From: a virus
Lineage: Duplodnaviria > Caudoviricetes
Direction: 5' to 3' (one strand)
IMG/VR virus record: IMGVR_UViG_3300046007_006572
Span: 1-57,414 of that record
Length of the DNA: 57,414 bases
In this document: positions 1-9,921 of the stretch, piece after piece
Layout of the letters: every line of letters starts with the position of its first letter
Position numbering within the stretch: position 1 is the stretch's first letter
Notes under the pieces: model-generated
What the model was told of the DNA's origin: nothing
The model's database searches: none
Seen by the model: the letters and a program-made list of their open reading frames with translations, nothing else
Position numbers and translations under genes: made by a program

Positions 1-235
1 CAAAACCAGCAACTGGACCAGCAGCAGCAGCAGAACCACCAAAACCGCCTGTACCAGCAAAGTTAGTTGGTGAACCTGTTTCTTGCAGAATACCAGACTC
101 TTTAATCATTTCTTGAGCTTGGTTTTCCAGAATAACTGCTGTAACTGCCTTACGATATGGGTCAGCAATCGTTGGCAGGTCTGGGTGGTTTAGAACACCA
201 TCCCATTTGTTTTGTAGTTGTTCAGACAAATACAT
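1..235 (-). CDS. g23: Major capsid protein gp23, 5' part (runs off window start)
   Basis: Manual translation from ATG at 235 gives MYLSEQLQNKWDGVLNHPDLPTIADPYRKAVTAVILENQAQE...AGPVAGF, a typical T4-type gp23 N-terminus. RBS AAGGAGA upstream; directly follows g22. Confidence 0.93.
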   Translation of the reverse strand, partial: MYLSEQLQNKWDGVLNHPDLPTIADPYRKAVTAVILENQAQEMIKESGILQETGSPTNFAGTGGFGGSAAAAGPVAGF

Positions 236-258
236 CTTTGTATCTCCTTTGTTTATTA

Positions 259-1353
259 TTAAATTTTTGTTTTCGAAATTGCTTGCATGACTGATGCAAC
301 GTATGGGTCAGAAGCGACTCTCTTTTCGTTACCATCTTCGTCATCAACTGTTTCGTGAAGTTGTGCTGCATCGGCTTTTTTCATGCCTGATGGGAAGTAG
401 TTCTCACGAATTGTCTCAAGTTTATCTTTGAATTCTTCTTCTGTGGAAAATTCAACACTCTCTGCAAGTGATTTGATTTTTTCTACTTGAGTTGCTGTGA
501 GTCCTTCACATACTTCATTTACAAGTTGTACTTTAACTGCTTCAGTAAGCTGTTTCTTATACTGAACATTAGTTTCAATTTCTTCATTTAATTTGTTTTC
601 CAGTTCTTCGACTTTAGAAGCAAGTTCTTCTACCAAGTCAACTTTATCTTCTGGAACATTGATGTAGTTTTCAGCAAACAGATTACGTAGACCAGCAATG
701 AAATCTTCAGTAATTTCTGAACGCAGACCGCTTTCAATAGCAATCTCGTTTTCATCCATCCACTGCTCAACAACATAGTTGAGGTAGTCATCTACTTTTT
801 CTGTTAGTTCTTCTTTGATTGTTTCAACTGCTTCGGCAAGCTGGCCAGCATATTCTGCTTCCAGTTGCTCTTGAATTTGTGACACACGGTCAAATACACG
901 TGCTTCAAAGATTGTTGCTGCTCTTGATTTGAAGTCATCAGAAATTGATGAATCGTCAGCGAACAATGAAGCAACATCTTCTTTGATTTGTGCTTTGATT
1001 TCTTCAACTGCTGAATCGTCGTCAAGAATTTCTTCTTCAACATCAGCATCTTCAGGCATCATTGCTGTACCTGTGCCAGCTTTCATGTTCTTGTCACCAA
1101 GTTGAACATCGCTTGATGCTGCTGAAGGTTTAGTTGTAGGTGCTGTTGCACTTTTAGCAGAACCTTTGCTCGACAACTTGTTAGAATCATCAGTTGGTTT
1201 GTTGTTTTGTGGGGTTGGTCCACCTAAATCTTCAGGTGTTCCAGAATTGCCTGGAGTGTCGTGCTGTAACTTAGGCATTGGCATACCAGGAGCGGAAGAC
1301 TTGCTTGATGCAAGAATTTCTGCTGCGGCTTCCATTAGTTTGTTTATTGCCAT
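259..1353 (-). CDS. g22: Prohead core scaffolding protein gp22
   Basis: Acidic coiled coil with KVDDYLNYVVEQWMDENEIAIESGLRSEITEDFIAGLRNLFAENYI and EDLGGPTP motifs; lies between g21 and g23. Confidence 0.93.
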   Translation of the reverse strand: MAINKLMEAAAEILASSKSSAPGMPMPKLQHDTPGNSGTPEDLGGPTPQNNKPTDDSNKLSSKGSAKSATAPTTKPSAASSDVQLGDKNMKAGTGTAMMPEDADVEEEILDDDSAVEEIKAQIKEDVASLFADDSSISDDFKSRAATIFEARVFDRVSQIQEQLEAEYAGQLAEAVETIKEELTEKVDDYLNYVVEQWMDENEIAIESGLRSEITEDFIAGLRNLFAENYINVPEDKVDLVEELASKVEELENKLNEEIETNVQYKKQLTEAVKVQLVNEVCEGLTATQVEKIKSLAESVEFSTEEEFKDKLETIRENYFPSGMKKADAAQLHETVDDEDGNEKRVASDPYVASVMQAISKTKI

Positions 1354-1375
1354 TGGATATCTCCTTATGATTTCT

Positions 1376-1383
1376 TATTTATA
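1376..1383 (-). promoter_or_regulatory. T4-type late promoter TATAAATA upstream of g22
   Basis: Exact TATAAATA on the minus strand in the g21-g22 gap. Confidence 0.8.
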
Positions 1384-1387
1384 AATT

Positions 1388-2038
1388 TTAAAGTTTTCGT
1401 AGGAAGTTTTCGAAAAGTTGAAGTCCAACGGACTCAATATCTTTACGAGATGCTTGACGAATCTGTTTTTTAGCGTAGTCAATATGTGACTCAACAAAAC
1501 GACCCTCAATATACATCCATTCTTTGTTTTCCATGATACCTTGGACGAATGCGCCTGGTGCTGAAGGGTCAGCAACGATGTCTGCTGCTGTAGCCAAACG
1601 CAAATCATCTTGCACTAAATTGTAGCCTTCTTTTGTCATCACAACTGAGCCAAGGGCACGTGAAGAAACACCCAGATTTACACCAGAATCAATCAAATTC
1701 TTAGCAATGTTACCATAAGGTGTTTCCATAATGAGTGCTTTACCAACAAAAGTGTTGCCGTTTTCTTTGAGACTAACAATCTTATGTGACACACGCTCAA
1801 GATTCAATGATGGTGTATCAGGATGTCCTAGTTCACCAAGCGCACGATTTGACTCGATGAGTTCTTTGGTATAACGAGCAACTTCGTTACGCAGTGTATC
1901 CATTTTGTACATACGATTGTTTCGATTGACTGCATCGCCAACAAGAAAGATACCTTCGATGTACATTTGTTTTTTGCCATCTTCTGTCTTTTCGGTAAGA
2001 TAGCGAACTTCTTCAATATGTTCTTTGATAAGTTTCAT
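1388..2038 (-). CDS. g21: Prohead protease gp21
   Basis: Motifs NRNNRMY, RALGELGHP, GVSSRALGS and DIVADPSAPGAFV. Confidence 0.96.
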   Translation of the reverse strand: MKLIKEHIEEVRYLTEKTEDGKKQMYIEGIFLVGDAVNRNNRMYKMDTLRNEVARYTKELIESNRALGELGHPDTPSLNLERVSHKIVSLKENGNTFVGKALIMETPYGNIAKNLIDSGVNLGVSSRALGSVVMTKEGYNLVQDDLRLATAADIVADPSAPGAFVQGIMENKEWMYIEGRFVESHIDYAKKQIRQASRKDIESVGLQLFENFLRKL

Positions 2039-2400
2039 TAGATAGTTACTCCTGTGTATGGATCGACATTGTATGTCGCTATTTTGGATACTTCCATCAC
2101 AAAAGAACCACCAGTATTAATAGTTGCCACAATACTTTGAGTATTATTGTTTGCTATTGAGTGGGAGAAGTCAGCAAAATCCATTACGCCACCAGTATGC
2201 AGTGCAAGAATAGGCACACCATTACGAGTGATTGTAATGCTACCGTTTGTTGACCACATGATTCGTTTGATGTCGGCGCCAGTAACGTTTTCAATAGTTG
2301 TATTTGCTCTCAAATCATTAAGAGTAAATGTATATGTACCAGCATCAACAGCACGAATAACTGATAGACCTCTTAGTGTGTTGGTAATTTCAAATGGCAT
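2038..2400 (-). CDS. Hypothetical beta-rich protein in head operon
   Basis: 120-aa ORF; its stop overlaps the g21 start (TAATG). No recognisable motif. Confidence 0.75.
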   Translation of the reverse strand: MPFEITNTLRGLSVIRAVDAGTYTFTLNDLRANTTIENVTGADIKRIMWSTNGSITITRNGVPILALHTGGVMDFADFSHSIANNNTQSIVATINTGGSFVMEVSKIATYNVDPYTGVTI

Positions 2401-2401
2401 T

Positions 2402-2863
2402 TTATTTTAGTCCCATAGATTGGCGACGGCGCATTGACATTTTTCTCTTCATCAATGTTCGTCTAAGTTTTGCTTTTCTTGTTGTTTTCCAAGAACGTTT
2501 GAGTAAACGTGCTTTACGTAATCTTACTGTTGCTGGTATACGCTTGATTGTATTACCAGAAATTCGATATCCTTTAATACCTGATTTTCGTACATTTTTC
2601 TGTACAACAATTCTACCTTTTTTATTACGACGAATACGGCGACGAACTTTTGTTATACGACCCATTTTTACAATATTTGGATTGCGTTTCTTTGCCGCTT
2701 CTTCTAATACTTCCTCGTCAACTTCAATCTCTTCAAACATCTCATCGACGATGAATGGTTTTGCTTCTTCCATTTTGATAGAAGCAATGTCATCTAAACG
2801 GTCAAAGATTAGTTTCTTTGCTTCGTCTAATTTATTTTGAAGAATTAGTTCTACAAAATTCAT
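2402..2863 (-). CDS. g68: gp68-like prohead core protein (acidic N-half, highly basic C-half)
   Basis: Probable start MNFVELI at 2863. R/K-rich C-terminus ends RKMSMRRRQSMGLK, like the T4 gp68 end; lies between portal and g21. Confidence 0.65.
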   Translation of the reverse strand: MNFVELILQNKLDEAKKLIFDRLDDIASIKMEEAKPFIVDEMFEEIEVDEEVLEEAAKKRNPNIVKMGRITKVRRRIRRNKKGRIVVQKNVRKSGIKGYRISGNTIKRIPATVRLRKARLLKRSWKTTRKAKLRRTLMKRKMSMRRRQSMGLK

Positions 2864-3602
2864 TGAGTTGACCAAATGTTGTTATTGATTCTGTAAGTTG
2901 CTGCCAGAATACTTGTTTATTTTCTTCGTCTAATTGACTATAAGTGTCAATTAAAATCTGTTTACTTTCTTCGTTCAGTGTAACTGAGTTGCCATCATTG
3001 AGTAATAGTTGTTCGGATTCAACAAGTTCTTTTATGTATTCTTCTGCCTGAACGACAGCATCAACAGTAGGACCATATGGCAAACTAAACACTCTTTTGA
3101 GTTTGTCGCTGTAATACAAAGCAACACGTGTGCCGTCTGGATATAAACGAACTGCTTTACGCTTGATTACCAAAACAACAGGTGGATCTGGTACTATTGG
3201 ATAAGCACTTCCAACGCTATCTCCTTTGGCTTCTTTCATATCGTAGCCAACATCACCAATCTTTAGTCTTGAACGACGATATTTTCTGCCTTCAATATTT
3301 GTTTTAAAATCGGCAGTGTCAATCATACCTTCATTCAAATCTTCACGAACTGCTTGTCTTGCTTTGGTATAAATTTGTTTATTACTGGTAATCAAATCAG
3401 CCATACGATTGAAAAGATTACGCATGATTTCACGGTCAGCATTGTTGAACACTGGTCGTTCTTCACCCATCTTATCCATTATTTTATGGATACGTTGTAA
3501 CTGTGCTTTATTGGCCAAACCAGCACGAACAAGAGCGTCTAACTTTGAGTAGTCAGACTTCTCTTCTTCAACGATGTGTTTGAACTCTAGTAAAGACTTC
3601 AT
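2832..3602 (-). CDS. Hypothetical head-region protein (possible internal/core protein)
   Basis: 256-aa ORF coupled to the upstream gene (ATGA overlap). Contains DPPVVLVIKRKAVRLYPDGTRVALYY and several L/I-x-E sites. Confidence 0.7.
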   Translation of the reverse strand: MKSLLEFKHIVEEEKSDYSKLDALVRAGLANKAQLQRIHKIMDKMGEERPVFNNADREIMRNLFNRMADLITSNKQIYTKARQAVREDLNEGMIDTADFKTNIEGRKYRRSRLKIGDVGYDMKEAKGDSVGSAYPIVPDPPVVLVIKRKAVRLYPDGTRVALYYSDKLKRVFSLPYGPTVDAVVQAEEYIKELVESEQLLLNDGNSVTLNEESKQILIDTYSQLDEENKQVFWQQLTESITTFGQLNEFCRTNSSK

Positions 3603-3796
3603 TCTTCTACGGCTTCTTCGTTATCTGTAACTTCTTGAGACTCTTGGTTTTGCCCGCCAAAAAGAGTAGAAGCGATTTCTTGCTTGCGGCCTTGGAGCGC
3701 ATCGAACGCTTTCGCTGATAATGCATTTTCTATGCTTTCTTTTGCTGCTACGTTTTCACCAGCAGCAATGTTGTTGATAATGTCTTGAATATCCAT
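3599..3796 (-). CDS. g67: gp67-like small acidic prohead core protein
   Basis: 65 aa, acidic tail, directly after portal, RBS AAGG and own late promoter. Confidence 0.6.
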   Translation of the reverse strand: MDIQDIINNIAAGENVAAKESIENALSAKAFDALQGRKQEIASTLFGGQNQESQEVTDNEEAVEE

Positions 3797-3807
3797 AATA
3801 ACCTTTC

Positions 3808-5475
3808 TTATCTGCGTCTATTATTTATACTGATAACCGACTTGTTTACTTCATCGTCTAGACCAGGTGTTAGCGACTCAGTTTCTTCGGTATTTTCAAT
3901 TGTGTTATCTTCTTGTGGTACATCAGGTGCTGGTGCTCCACCGCCACCCATTACAGGTCCTTGCATATCAGAAGGCAGTGTATCTTTTTCTTCAGCAATT
4001 TGTTCGTCCATTATTTCAATCTCATCTTCAGTCATCATCAGAATTTTTTCTTTGACATACTTGTTTGAGAAATAACGACCAACAAATGGGTCAACCAATT
4101 GTACCATTTGCAGACGATTCTGTAATAGTTCTGCTTCACGAAGTTCGGTAAAGTTATTGTCTTTACGGAAGTCGTAATAAATTTGTTCCTTGAATTCGTC
4201 CCATTCTTCACGTGTGCAAATGCCTTTGAGTACCAATTGTGTACGCAGAAGGTCATCAAACAATTGAGAAAACTTATTACGCAGACGAACAACAAATTTG
4301 GCAAACTTGAGTTCATCACGTGTGACTTCTTGTGAACGACCTAGTCCAGCAAGACCACCTTCTTGTGATTCAAGGCGTGAATATGGCACATTGAGTGATT
4401 GCAATAATTTCTTTTGAAAGTATTTTACATCTTCCAGTTCACCAAGATTCTGACCTGCTGGCAATGTTGTAATCTCTGTACCTTTACCACCTTCACGGCG
4501 TGGTAACCAAAAATCTTCAAGCATTGACATGTGCTTACGCTCATCACGCAGTTCACCAGTGTTGGCATCATAAACAAGTTTGTTACGATACTTAATCATG
4601 ATGTCACGCAGATATTGTTCTGCTTTACCACGTGGCAAGTTACCAACGTCGATATAGAAAACACGGCGTTCTGGCGCACGTGAAATACGATAGATAACAA
4701 TCGCATCTTCAATCATACGAAGCTGATTGAGTGGCTTGATTGCTTTGTGTAGATATGAAATAACAAATGTATTCTTAGCGTCCATCAAACCAGAATTAAT
4801 ATTGACAATTGAATCTGGTGATATACGCAGACCTTGACCTACATTTGCTGTAAATGTTTGTGTTGTTGTACCACGGTCATTGAACACATAGTATTCAGCA
4901 GTTGATACAATGACCATTGCACCCGTTCTTGGGTCACGGTCTTTTTTGATTTCACGCACTTTACGAATCTTACGTGGGTCAATGTAACGAAGTTCTTTGA
5001 TACCTTCTTTTGGATTTTCATCATTGACAACGATGTGATAAAACATACGACCGTCAATGTACCAACGTTTGAACAAATCGTCAGCAAGATTTGAAAAGTT
5101 CAACAATCTGGTAATTGTATTAAACTCTTCAATGATTTTCTTTTTGATTGATTCTGGTTGTTTGAGATTGTTTAGAACGATGTCAACAACTTTACCAGAT
5201 TCATCGTGTGTGATGGCTTCGTTGACAATTTCATCAATAGCCATTTGACACTCTGGGTGATTTGACATCTCACGATATCGTGTGATAAGTTCAATCTCAT
5301 TACGTACTGAACCTTCTAAGTCAACATAGGTACCGTAATACGCATTTTGCGTAACGGTAACTGCACCATCATCTAATTGTGCAGCAGACGGCAGAGTAAA
5401 GGATGCCTGTTCAGGTTTTTCTTTCTGAACGACATCCCTTGCTCCGATTGTGAAGCCAAACAGTTTGATTGCCAC
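3808..5475 (-). CDS. g20: Portal vertex protein gp20 (GTG start)
   Basis: Motifs YLHKAIKPLNQLRMIEDAIVIYRISRAPERRVFYIDVGNLP and LEDFWLPRREGGKGTEITTLP. Confidence 0.97.
   Translation of the reverse strand: MAIKLFGFTIGARDVVQKEKPEQASFTLPSAAQLDDGAVTVTQNAYYGTYVDLEGSVRNEIELITRYREMSNHPECQMAIDEIVNEAITHDESGKVVDIVLNNLKQPESIKKKIIEEFNTITRLLNFSNLADDLFKRWYIDGRMFYHIVVNDENPKEGIKELRYIDPRKIRKVREIKKDRDPRTGAMVIVSTAEYYVFNDRGTTTQTFTANVGQGLRISPDSIVNINSGLMDAKNTFVISYLHKAIKPLNQLRMIEDAIVIYRISRAPERRVFYIDVGNLPRGKAEQYLRDIMIKYRNKLVYDANTGELRDERKHMSMLEDFWLPRREGGKGTEITTLPAGQNLGELEDVKYFQKKLLQSLNVPYSRLESQEGGLAGLGRSQEVTRDELKFAKFVVRLRNKFSQLFDDLLRTQLVLKGICTREEWDEFKEQIYYDFRKDNNFTELREAELLQNRLQMVQLVDPFVGRYFSNKYVKEKILMMTEDEIEIMDEQIAEEKDTLPSDMQGPVMGGGGAPAPDVPQEDNTIENTEETESLTPGLDDEVNKSVISINNRRR
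3822..3829 (-). promoter_or_regulatory. Late promoter TATAAATA within the 3' end of g20
   Basis: Exact TATAAATA about 25 nt upstream of the 3796 start. Confidence 0.75.
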
Positions 5476-5496
5476 GCTGAGTTATCCTCTCATTTC

Positions 5497-5528
5497 AAAA
5501 GTAAAAGTAAGGGTAAAACACCCTTACT
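5497..5528 (-). terminator. Intrinsic terminator after g19
   Basis: 9-bp stem AGTAAGGGT/ACCCTTACT (5506-5528) with 5-nt loop, followed on the minus strand by a T-rich tract. Confidence 0.65.
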
Positions 5529-5529
5529 C

Positions 5530-6075
5530 TTAGACCACACCGTCTGCAACTGCTTCCCACCACTGATAGGTAAGCGTTACAGAAAACTCTTCAATAGTAT
5601 CATTTGAACCCCAATCAACATCAATTGGAGTTACGTCTGTTGGGAACAGACCGACAAACTTATATTTCTTGATTGCATTACCAGCTTTTGCAAACTGAGT
5701 AACTTCACCATCAACTGAGTAACCCAATGGCGTACTTGCAAGAGGATTACGAACGTTTAGATTGTGGCTGTTGATGCCATTCATCCAACGCTCAAATGCA
5801 TTACGAATAATAAAATCTTCATCGTTGATGATTGTTACTGTCCAATCAGCAAATGTACGATTGCCAACAAACTTTAATTCACGACCAAAGTATTGAACAG
5901 GCACAACACCCAGAGTTGCCCCTGGAAGTTGTGCTGTCTTACACATGAACGTCATTTTTGTTTGTGCGTTTCCTGGTGCTGAGAACGCAGGAAACGGCAT
6001 ACTTACCTCAAATAGATTTGGGCGGGCACCGTCACCTGTTAATTGTGAACGGAACTGATTTACGTTAAATGCCAT
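5530..6075 (-). CDS. g19: Tail tube protein gp19
   Basis: Motifs GARPNLFEV, GNRTFADWTVTIINDEDF and IEEFSVTLTYQWW. Confidence 0.96.
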   Translation of the reverse strand: MAFNVNQFRSQLTGDGARPNLFEVSMPFPAFSAPGNAQTKMTFMCKTAQLPGATLGVVPVQYFGRELKFVGNRTFADWTVTIINDEDFIIRNAFERWMNGINSHNLNVRNPLASTPLGYSVDGEVTQFAKAGNAIKKYKFVGLFPTDVTPIDVDWGSNDTIEEFSVTLTYQWWEAVADGVV

Positions 6076-6097
6076 TTAATTTTCTCCTGTTTCTCTT

Positions 6098-6104
6098 TAT
6101 TTAA
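6098..6104 (-). promoter_or_regulatory. Probable late promoter (TTAAATA) for g19
   Basis: TAAATA core overlapping the g18 stop codon. Confidence 0.5.
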
Positions 6105-7792
6105 GCTGCACCAACAACTTCATTGAAACTTACGCCTGTACGAACAGCAACAAAGTTCAACTGAATGAAGTTGATAGAACGAGCAGGTTTGATGTAAATG
6201 TCACCAACAAATTCATTACGGTCAATAATTTCCGCTGTGTTATTTGTATCATCGCAGACAACACGGAAGTCTGTGATACCACGACGACCTTGAACATCAC
6301 GCAGGAATGGTTCTACAAGAGCAACAAACTGGGCACGTGTAAATTGGTCGTTGTATTCAAACAGTGAGAAACGTGCTGCACGTGAAATTGCTTTTTCAAG
6401 AACGATGAACAGACGGCGTACATTGATACGGTCAAATGCACTTGGCTTGCTCAACAGTGTCTTGTCACCAAACAGAACTGTGCCTTCACCTGGGAACGAA
6501 ACAACTGGGTTTACGCCAATTGGATACAAATCGTCACGGTCTGTCTTAGTTGGATTCCACGAAAGTTTGATTACGTTCTTGATTACACCACGATTCATAC
6601 CACCAGGTGAGAACCATGGGTCACGTTCGTTATCGGTACGTACACATAGACCAGCAATGTCACCATTGAGTGGTACCCAACGATAAACGTCTGAGTATTT
6701 GTCGTACTGATACTTATAGCCTGAATCCAGAACTGCATATGAAGATGAAGTTAGACCGTTACGGAATGCTGTAATATCAGTTACTTCATTTCCTGCATTG
6801 TCAACAACGTCTGCTTTTTCTGGTGAAATAAATGCAACACAGTCTTTACGTGTTTCTGCAACATTACTGATAACATACGTAGCGATTGTGCTGTTACCTT
6901 GACCAGTAACAAGTAGTGATACATCAACAGATTCAGCATTTTTGAAGCTATCCCAACCAATTGTGACATTTGCTGTGCTAACTGTACCAACAGTACCGCC
7001 AGATAGTGAATTGGAAGAATTGCTTGAGAGTAATTTGAATGCGCTAGTATTAGCAGCCGAACCCCATGCTGTACCTGTTCCTAAGTTTGTTGGATGTGAC
7101 AGCCACCAAATGTATTGTGAACGATTCTGAATAACATCTTTATAGTAGTTTGAATTACCGCTATCATCTCTAGCATCGGATGCTTTAGAAACAAACGCAT
7201 ATTTTTCTAGAACTGTGCCAGCGGCGCCTGTCCACAAACCATCTTCGTCAACGACAACAATATGAACTTCGTCATTTGCGCCGCCACGACTTGCAACATA
7301 TGATGATGTGTTTGGTGTTGCGCTGAATTGTGATGCATATGCCCATACGTTCCATGTATTTGCATCGGCCATTGAAACGAGAATGCTGTTACCTAAAGAA
7401 CCAGCGTAACGTGCGCCCCATCCACCAGTGTTACCGTATGAACCTGCTGCGTAGCCTGTGTGATTATCTACATAATCATCTTCGTTTTTGATAAGTACGC
7501 CTGTGCCATTTGCTGTAGCATTCAAGGCACCAAGGCCTTGGGCACGAACAATCTTTAGATTATTACCATATGCTAGAAAGTTCGCTGCCGAGAACCAATA
7601 TTCATAATTATCGCTATCTGGTTTACCGAATGAATTCACCAAACGAACTTCATCCGAAATAGTTGTTACTGCACCGATTGGTCCCCAATTAAAAGGTCCT
7701 ACAAAAGCGCCAGTAGAAGTGGCAACTGAAGGAATAACTGTAGTCAGATCAATCTCTGATACATTCACTCCAGGTGATAATTGAAATGCCAT
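6101..7792 (-). CDS. g18: Tail sheath protein gp18
   Basis: Motifs LSPGVNVSEIDLT, PWFSPGGMNRG, FDRINVRRLF and IYIKPARSINFIQLNF. Confidence 0.97.
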   Translation of the reverse strand: MAFQLSPGVNVSEIDLTTVIPSVATSTGAFVGPFNWGPIGAVTTISDEVRLVNSFGKPDSDNYEYWFSAANFLAYGNNLKIVRAQGLGALNATANGTGVLIKNEDDYVDNHTGYAAGSYGNTGGWGARYAGSLGNSILVSMADANTWNVWAYASQFSATPNTSSYVASRGGANDEVHIVVVDEDGLWTGAAGTVLEKYAFVSKASDARDDSGNSNYYKDVIQNRSQYIWWLSHPTNLGTGTAWGSAANTSAFKLLSSNSSNSLSGGTVGTVSTANVTIGWDSFKNAESVDVSLLVTGQGNSTIATYVISNVAETRKDCVAFISPEKADVVDNAGNEVTDITAFRNGLTSSSYAVLDSGYKYQYDKYSDVYRWVPLNGDIAGLCVRTDNERDPWFSPGGMNRGVIKNVIKLSWNPTKTDRDDLYPIGVNPVVSFPGEGTVLFGDKTLLSKPSAFDRINVRRLFIVLEKAISRAARFSLFEYNDQFTRAQFVALVEPFLRDVQGRRGITDFRVVCDDTNNTAEIIDRNEFVGDIYIKPARSINFIQLNFVAVRTGVSFNEVVGAA

Positions 7793-7836
7793 TGGATTTC
7801 TCCTTTTATTGTTGGGTCAATATTCTTTTTATAGTC

Positions 7837-7844
7837 TATTTAGT
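7837..7844 (-). promoter_or_regulatory. Probable late promoter (ACTAAATA) for g18
   Basis: TAAATA core in the g17-g18 gap. Confidence 0.65.
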
Positions 7845-7847
7845 TTT

Positions 7848-9479
7848 TTACAACCTTGATGATAAATAACCCGTTGGTGCTTCCCAGACATCTCCATCTT
7901 CGGCCATAGCTTCCTGAGTAACTCCATCGTCAATGAAGCCAAAAGGCACCATACTTTCATCTACGAGCATATTCTGCTCTTCCAACATAATCTTACGAAT
8001 GTCGATTCTAGTCTCATCTTTGAAGAATGCTTGCGCTGTCAGCCACGCATAAAGCACCAGACCCATCACAATATCGTCGTTGTTACCCTCTTCGGCAGCA
8101 AATGTGTCTTTTGTTCTGACGAATGTGTTCAGTTCAGCAATGGTGTCAAAGTCATTGATAATCAGCTTGTCGTTTTCAATCAGCGTTTTGAGGTTAGCAC
8201 AACCAATTTTCTTGACTGATTTAGTTGTTTTTACACCAAAAGCCACTGAGCGTTTGAAGCCAGAAGAGATACTCTGACCCTTGATATGATGGTGTTCCAG
8301 CTTGTAAATATGTTCATACTCTAAGTCGTAATGCAAAATATCCACAACTTGTTGACCAACATTGTTTGTTTCAATCAGTACATAGGCTTCATTATATCTA
8401 CGAGCTAATGAGTAAATAATCGTTGGAAAGAATAACAACGGTAACTTATTGTTGCGATATCTTGCCACTTGTTTATAGGGAGCTTCGGTAGCGTCAAGAA
8501 TATTGATTGTTGAATAGTCTAGATTGACACCTTCAGCACAGTCTACCGTAGCAATGTATATTCTACCTGGTCGTGGGTCCTCATAAATGAACAGATTACC
8601 ATCATCTTCAATACGCATTGGGTCACGAAATGCCATTGAACGTAGTTTTGCACCAGAGATAAGCGTAGCCGCAGAACCAATAAACTCAGTCTCAAACTCC
8701 TGTCGGAACTGCTCTTCAGAAGTATTTCGTATTGTTTCCTCTTTCCACTTCTCATCACGGCCTGGTACCATTGACCAGTGAACTTCAAGTGTCTTATATA
8801 ACGAACGACCCTCTAAAGCATCCATCCACATCTTGTAGAATAGATTTAGACCGTTCGGCGTAGAAACAATAATTACTTTTGACGTTTTACCAGATGAGAT
8901 AACAGGGTAAGTAGAAGTGAAAAATTCTACCGCTAAGTTGTGTGGCACAAACGCAAATTCGTCAAGAAAAATCAGATTATAAGTACCGCCTCGAACACCT
9001 GCTGCTGATGTGGCATAAGCATAAATCTTTGAACCGTTCTCTAATTCAATCGAACGTTTGTTCCAGTTGATAATGCCTTGTTGCAACCATATGGGAAGAT
9101 ATTCATATGCTTTTTGAATCTTGGCAAGAATGTCTTGAGCTAATTGAAGTTTGTTGGCAAGAATACCAATAACAAACTCTTCATTGAACAAAGCAGACCA
9201 CAGCATATAACCGACAGTGGTTGTTGTTTTACCAACCTGTCGAGGCATCTTGGCAATACAGAAACGATTCTCATGAAACGTTCTGACCATATCTTTTTGA
9301 AAGTCCCACATATCAAATGGAACAAGACCACGGTCAACGTTGACAATCTTTACATAGTTCGCTATAAAGTATACTGGATCTTCGGCACACTTTACATACT
9401 CTTTGACTTCTTCTTCTGTAAGGGATAATTCAACACCGACTTTTTTGAGTCGTGCATTACCAAGATATCCAACTTCCAT
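7848..9479 (-). CDS. g17: Terminase large subunit gp17
   Basis: Walker A PRQVGKTTT, Walker B LIFLDEFAF, STPNG coupling motif and nuclease motif NDDIVMGL. Confidence 0.97.
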   Translation of the reverse strand: MEVGYLGNARLKKVGVELSLTEEEVKEYVKCAEDPVYFIANYVKIVNVDRGLVPFDMWDFQKDMVRTFHENRFCIAKMPRQVGKTTTTVGYMLWSALFNEEFVIGILANKLQLAQDILAKIQKAYEYLPIWLQQGIINWNKRSIELENGSKIYAYATSAAGVRGGTYNLIFLDEFAFVPHNLAVEFFTSTYPVISSGKTSKVIIVSTPNGLNLFYKMWMDALEGRSLYKTLEVHWSMVPGRDEKWKEETIRNTSEEQFRQEFETEFIGSAATLISGAKLRSMAFRDPMRIEDDGNLFIYEDPRPGRIYIATVDCAEGVNLDYSTINILDATEAPYKQVARYRNNKLPLLFFPTIIYSLARRYNEAYVLIETNNVGQQVVDILHYDLEYEHIYKLEHHHIKGQSISSGFKRSVAFGVKTTKSVKKIGCANLKTLIENDKLIINDFDTIAELNTFVRTKDTFAAEEGNNDDIVMGLVLYAWLTAQAFFKDETRIDIRKIMLEEQNMLVDESMVPFGFIDDGVTQEAMAEDGDVWEAPTGYLSSRL

Positions 9480-9482
9480 TTT

Positions 9483-9917
9483 TTATCGAGTGAAACTCTT
9501 TAGCATCCAACCATGTTTTTGATGAGCGTCAAGAATGTCTTGAAGAAAATTACCTACTGCTGGTTCATCAGCAGCATCAGCAAGAGCAATACCTGCACGA
9601 AGTTCGAGGATGTACTTGTTGTTATCATTTACAAGTTCACTCATCATAACCAATGGTGATGGTATTGCTACCAAGTCATTTACTTTAGAAAGTTCCATCA
9701 TTCGTGCTAATGTAGTAGGTGCATATGAACCTAAAGCACGAATATGTTCTGCAATAGAATCTGTCTGGTCAAACACAGATTCATAAAAGTCACCTAAGAA
9801 GCCGTGATATTGTGCAAAATCTGGACCTTCTACATTCCAGTGAAATGTATGAGCCTTGAAATACAAACCGAAGTTTGTGCCAAGGATAGTTTTCATTTGT
9901 TCGATTAATTGTTCCAT
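9483..9917 (-). CDS. dps: Dps family mini-ferritin
   Basis: FKAHTFHWNVEGPDFAQYHGFL...DSIAEHIRALG and C-terminal HQKHGWML; Dps ferroxidase H/H/D/E pattern present. Confidence 0.9.
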   Translation of the reverse strand: MEQLIEQMKTILGTNFGLYFKAHTFHWNVEGPDFAQYHGFLGDFYESVFDQTDSIAEHIRALGSYAPTTLARMMELSKVNDLVAIPSPLVMMSELVNDNNKYILELRAGIALADAADEPAVGNFLQDILDAHQKHGWMLKSFTR

Positions 9918-9921
9918 AGTC

